Shown one piece after another: positions 58,963 to 64,000 of a DNA stretch of 64,000 bases. This stretch comes from Eledone cirrhosa. Taxonomy: Eukaryota. The notes beneath the pieces were generated by a model. The model was not told the DNA's origin. It worked only from the letters and a program-made list of their open reading frames with translations, and ran no database searches. Position 1 is the first letter of the stretch, and every line of letters begins with the position of its first letter. Location of the stretch: positions 269,576,001 to 269,640,000 of the forward strand of contig OZ024741.1 of NCBI GenBank assembly GCA_964016885.1, written 5' to 3'. The translations under genes were made by a program, and so were the position numbers.

Positions 58963-59269
58963 AAATCGATAATGTCTTAAGCAGGATATACGCTGTGCCT
59001 GGTAGAGCGTTTTTTATTGTATTAGTGTTGTGAACCTTTGTTTGGCTGCTTTGTTTATGTTCATATTTTTTTTATCATGCACAGTATATCGATTATAATT
59101 GGGTACTGTTTTTACCTTCAGTCTCCACATCATGTATATTTTATTTCAATCTCAAAACCTTTGTATTTTGACAACTGTTCCTCGGGTAATAATTTGTTCT
59201 GATGGGATTGCGATGTATACTAGTGCGCATGTGTTTTATTTTCCTCCAGTCTTTGATTACACAGATCTA

Positions 59270-60440
59270 CACTATTTCAAAACATTTCTGCTTCGGAACT
59301 CAAACATGACTTTATGCAATTTGGTGCGCTGAACTGTAAAATCTCAAAATAATCGAAGGTTTAGATATTTGAGATTTTATGATTTACATACATGTGATAC
59401 TGAAACAAAACTGTCTCTCACTTCGTTGTGATTACACAGCATTTCTTAGCCTGCTTCTTGTATTCAAGTTCTGGTGCATCTCTTGTAACCGACTAACAGT
59501 AATCTGCTTAACATATTTGGGCTCCATTTACTATGTTGTTTTCTGTATCCTGGAAAGATACTGAAAATTTGGAAGGATACAATTTCCATAACTGTAATAT
59601 CTTGGTGAAAACACTCTCCGTGTTCGTCGCTCACCGCCCTACAATTTGATGGGAATCCATGTGTGAATCCATGAAGAAAGTTGACGGTTCGAAATCAGTC
59701 GATTTTCACTAGTTCTTGGTAGTTGTCCGTCCTGTGATTTCCTAGAAAATTAGGTGACTCCAGTCGAAAATTGTTCCAAGTTAACCTTTCTTTTTCCTAA
59801 AGAATTTGGTCAAATTTATCGTTCTTTAATATTTCCCGAATTTGGGGACAGACAAACACGCCCTCTTCAATTTTCGCCTAACTTAATATTGAAAACTTCC
59901 TTCCAAGATACTGAAAAGCCTGTCCTGCTTTATCAAAACCTTTTATGGAATTTTTCATTAACCCCAGTTTAATGTGGTACGGTAGCAGCAACATTTTTCA
60001 TTATCTACAAGAGGCAGATTTTGAACATTTTTTTTTTATCCCAGGAATTTGCGACTTGCAGCGTAAGCAATCTTCCCTTGGGCACTGAGAATCTTTTGCA
60101 AGACTGTCTCATAAACAACGAAGCAACAGTAGTTTGTATAACCTGGTATTGGTTCTATCAACAAATCAACCACTTTTAAGTCACAACAGATCTGCCACTA
60201 GTATTTATTGTAATTTATACAGATTAGAAATTCCTTCAAGTTCTCGTATATTTCCTTCATATCAACAGCATGTCCGGAATTGATGGCAGCTCATTTCCTA
60301 TGTAGAGTAAAACTCCTTTAAAGCTAACTTTGGATGAGTACATGAATAATCCTCACTGTTCTGGATGGTGGTCAATGCATAAAGTTGTCATCAGGCCGTC
60401 GACATCATCACGTCCTACAGAGTTACACTTCTTTATAAAA
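59270..60440 (-). mobile_element. Decayed DNA transposon, 3' half of transposase; probably CMC/Chapaev-3 type
   Basis: Remnants MKEIYENL..WQICCDLKVV, LLPYHIKLGLMKN, AVSDEHGECFHQDI; terminus CACTAT at 59270; superfamily assignment is from memory. Confidence 0.65.
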
Positions 60441-60467
60441 AATGTTAGAAAATCTTATTATCCAAGC

Positions 60468-61235
60468 CGTTGGGTTGGCAGTATCGGTAGAGCGTCGCAC
60501 ATGCTTAGCGGCATAGACTTACGTCCCTTTACGTTCTGGTCAATAACGCAATCATGATAATAATAATTTCTTATTTAGTCACAAGACCAACAATTTGCGG
60601 AGGGTGAAACATCGATTAAATCGACCCCAGTGCATTACTGGTACTTTTTTATCGACTCCGTAAGGGCGAAAGGTAAAACTAACCTCGGCGGGATTTGAAC
60701 TCAGAAGTGAAAGGGCCGTAACTATATGCCGCAAAGCATGTTGTCTGACGCGCTACCGATTCTGCCAATTATTATTACTGTATCGGTAGAGCATCGGACA
60801 TGTTTTGTGACATATAGTTACGGTCCTTTATGTTCTGAGTTCAAATCCCGCCGGGGTTAGCTCTGCCTTTCATCATTACGGTGTTGATAAAATAAAATAC
60901 CAGTAACGCACTGGGATCGATTTAATCGACTTTCCCCTCCCTCAAAATTGCTCGTCTTGTGCTTAAAAGTAGAACAAATTATTATATGTATTGCTGTTGT
61001 TATTGTTGTTGTTCTTGCTGTTGTCATTGTTGTTGTTCTTGCTGTTGTTATTGTTGTTGTTCTTGCTGGTGGTTTGGCAGTAGAGAGTCAGACGCCATGC
61101 TTTCCAGCATAGAGTTACGTCCCTTTACGTTCTGATTTCAAATCCCGCCAAGGTTAACTTTGCCTATTCATCCTTACGGGGTCGATATAATAAGGTACCA
61201 GTAATTGCTGGCCTTGTGCCAAACGTAGAAACAGT
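60468..61235. mobile_element. Cluster of four Nin-type SINE copies in both orientations
   Basis: Family consensus motifs. Confidence 0.82.
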
Positions 61236-61680
61236 TGTTGTTGTTATTGTTGTTGTTATTGTTGTTGTTGATATTGTTGTTATTGTTGTTGTTATTGTTG
61301 TTGTTATTGTTATTGTTGTGATTGTTGTTGTTATTGTTGTTGTTATTGTTGTTGTTGTTGTTGTTGTTATTATTGTTGTTGTTGTTGTTATTGTTGTTGT
61401 TGATATTGTTGTTATTGTTGTTATTGTTGTTGTTATTGTTGTGATTGTTGTTGTTATTGTTGTTGATATTGTTGTTGTTGTTATTGTTGTTGTTATTTTT
61501 GTTGTTATTGTTGTTGTTATTTTTGTTATTATTGTTGTTGTTATTGTTGTTGATATTGTTGTTATTGTTGTTGTTATTGTTGATGTTGTTATTATTGTTA
61601 TTGTGACTGTTGTTGTCATTGCTGTTGTTATTGTTGTTGTTATTGTTGTTGTTGATATTGTTATTGTTGTCGTTATTGTT
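61233..61680. repeat. (GTT/ATT)n microsatellite
   Basis: Direct reading. Confidence 0.95.
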
Positions 61681-62671
61681 GGATGACTGGCACCTGGAAT
61701 GTTGCCAGGCACTCACTGCCCTCTACCAAGCGGGCAATGCGATCAGTGGAACTTCCACTCTCGAGTTCTATAGAGGATTAGTGGTCGGCAAGTGCGATGA
61801 CGCACTCGGAGAAGTTTGGGCCTTGACGAAGTCTAACTGACCAGTCTGTACCGGAAGACTTTCGAGCCGGGGACGATGGACAATTTCCAGAAATCCCTCG
61901 CTTGGCAGTGCTACCGGGGGGCACTGCCGGTTCGGGATAAACTCTACAGGCACGGAAGTGCTGTCAGACGGACCTGCCCGAGATGCGCGCAGAGTGACGA
62001 AACCGTTCTGCACGCACTTGTCCAGTGTCCGTGCATTACTGACTTGTGGAGTTATGTCGAACAGCTACTGTCACGTGTGGAACGAATCCGGCTATCGGCC
62101 GAGTCCATAGTGAAGATCGACCCGCCGCCTTCCTTAGGTCAGGAAGAGCAGGCAATTTTCCTCTGTCTGGTGGCAGTTGCGAAAGAGGTTATATAGTGGA
62201 CCAGATTGAAAGGACTGAAGACAGACACTTTTCCCTTCGGCCAATCCCTCATCAACGTCTTCAAGTTTCACCTGGAAAGGAAGGTGAGGGTGGAGAGAGA
62301 AGTCCCCCCCCCCCAGTACATTTGCTAAAAGGTGGATGAATGTGGCGAGAATGGCCCGTATGAATGGGCCTACTTTGACCATGCGCCTATAGGCTAGCTA
62401 ACTTGAGGAGAGGGGTGCTCTCCCTGGGTGCCCTAGAAGCGCAGTGTGATTCAGGATTGGTGGGGTACCTGAGTCCCCCCTGGGTCGTCCACCCCCTATA
62501 GGGGAATTTATTTTGTTATATTTATGCATAGTTTATTTTATATTTTTTATATCTTCATTGTTGAATTGATCTTGCCATTGTGCACTTTTACTCGACCTTA
62601 TTGTAAACTCCCACGGTCTCTGTCTTTGTATTGTCCCCTAGATGTCGGCCCTTGTGGCCAATAAATGAAAT
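61681..62671 (+). mobile_element. 5'-truncated Tx1 copy (about 1 kb), decayed, inside (GTT/ATT)n
   Basis: MDNFQKSLAWQCYRGALPVRDKLYRHG..CPRC..ETVLHALVQC matches 27472-29100; 3' end CCCTTGTGGCCAATAAATGAAAT. Confidence 0.9.
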
Positions 62672-62742
62672 CGTTATTATTATTATTGTTGTCTGTGTTA
62701 TTATTGTTGTTATTGTGGTTGTTGTTGTTGTTGTTAATGTTA

Positions 62743-63218
62743 GTGGATTGGCAGTATCGGTAGAGGGTCGGACGCCATGCTTTTCAGCATAGTTACGGCC
62801 CTTGCCATTCTGAGTTCAAATCCCGCCCAGGTTAGCTTTGCCTTTCATCCTTACGGGGTCGATAAAATAAAGTACCAGTAATGCACTGGGTAATTGCTGG
62901 CCTTGTGCCTAAAGTAGAAACAGTTATTATTGTTGTCTGTGTTGTTATTATTGTTATTGCTATTGTGATTGTTGTTGTTATTGTTGTTGTTATTATCGTT
63001 GTTGTTAATGTTACTGGATTGGCAGTATCGGTAGAGGTTCGGACACCATGCTTTGCAGCATAGAGTTAAAGCCCTTTATGATCTGAGTTCAAATCCAGCC
63101 GAGGTTAACTTTGCCTTTCATCCTTACGGGGTCGGTACCAGCCACGCACTGAGGTCGATTTAATCGACTTTCCCCTACTCCCAAATTGCTGGCCTTGTGC
63201 CTATATAAGAAACCGTTA
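62743..63218 (+). mobile_element. Two Nin-type SINE copies in (GTT/ATT)n
   Basis: Family consensus motifs. Confidence 0.85.
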
Positions 63219-63934
63219 TTATCGTTATTGTTGTTTTTATTGTTATTGTTGTTGTTATTATTGTCATTGTTATTGCTCTTGTTATTACATTCCTTTACAA
63301 CGTCTATGAAATATTTAACTGAAATCTGCTCCTCCCAATTACGCCCAACACTCTGTTCTTTATTAAGCTGTCAAAATTGTCTGAGAGCAGCAAACAACAT
63401 CTATTTATTTGTTTTATTATTAACTGCTCTAATTTGTTCTTGTTTATGTTGTTGTTATGTTTATGTTGTTGTTATTATGTTGATGTTGTTGTTATTTTGA
63501 TGTATATTGTTATTTTGATGTATGTTGATTTAGTTTATGTTGAGTTATGTTAAGTTATGTTACAATTTTTATATCGTGTTGTGTTGTTACGTTGTTTATA
63601 TGTAGTTGTAATGTTGTTTATGTGTGGCTGTTATGTTGTTATGTTGTTTATATGTCACTGCTAACTTGTTATGTTGTGTATATGTATTTATGTTGTTATG
63701 TTGTTATGTTGTTTATATGTCACTGTTAAGTTGGTATGTTGTTTATATGTCACTGCTAAGTTGTTGTGTTGTTTATATGTAGTTGTTATGTTGTTATGTT
63801 ATTTATATGTAACTGTTATGTTGTTATGTTGTTTATATGTAGTTGTTATGTTGTTATGTTATTTATATGTAACTGTTATGTTGTTTATATCTAGCTGTTA
63901 TGTTGTTATATTGTTTATATGTAGCTATATAGAA

Positions 63935-64000
63935 GGCACAAAACTTAGTTAATGTATTCGGCTCACAATCGAGAGGTTGTAAGTTCGATTCCCGGGCCGG
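63935..64000 (+). mobile_element. tRNA-derived SINE head, truncated by window end
   Basis: B-box GTTCGATTCC; resembles the head at 26130. Confidence 0.5.

Overview
Eukaryotic, AT-rich, repeat-dominated DNA, most likely from an octopod cephalopod (inferred from the tRNA-derived Nin-type SINE family and the extreme (TA)n/(CA)n/(GATA)n content). Almost all ORFs in the track are microsatellite artefacts. The real coding sequence comes from mobile elements: a nearly full-length Tx1-clade LINE (27253-32842, minus) with related fragments, Penelope-like retroelements of the Naiad type (RT + GIY-YIG; 21313-23130, 37170-41520, 41699-47590), a deleted Helitron (51986-55885) plus non-autonomous Helitrons, a decayed Chapaev-like DNA transposon and a hAT MITE. 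There are also over 25 SINE copies and several minisatellites (82, 28, 76 and 47 bp units). A few minus-strand exon candidates of an unidentified host gene are visible but unconfirmed. Three signals stand out. (1) At least nine type I hammerhead ribozyme motifs, with element ends or fold-back palindromes mapping onto the ribozyme cleavage site or core, including a 483-bp ORF-less retrozyme-like unit. (2) A Tx1 family that inserts repeatedly and in one orientation into (GATA)n. (3) A 3'-terminal motif shared between that Tx1 family and the dominant SINE. All calls were made by eye, without database searches.
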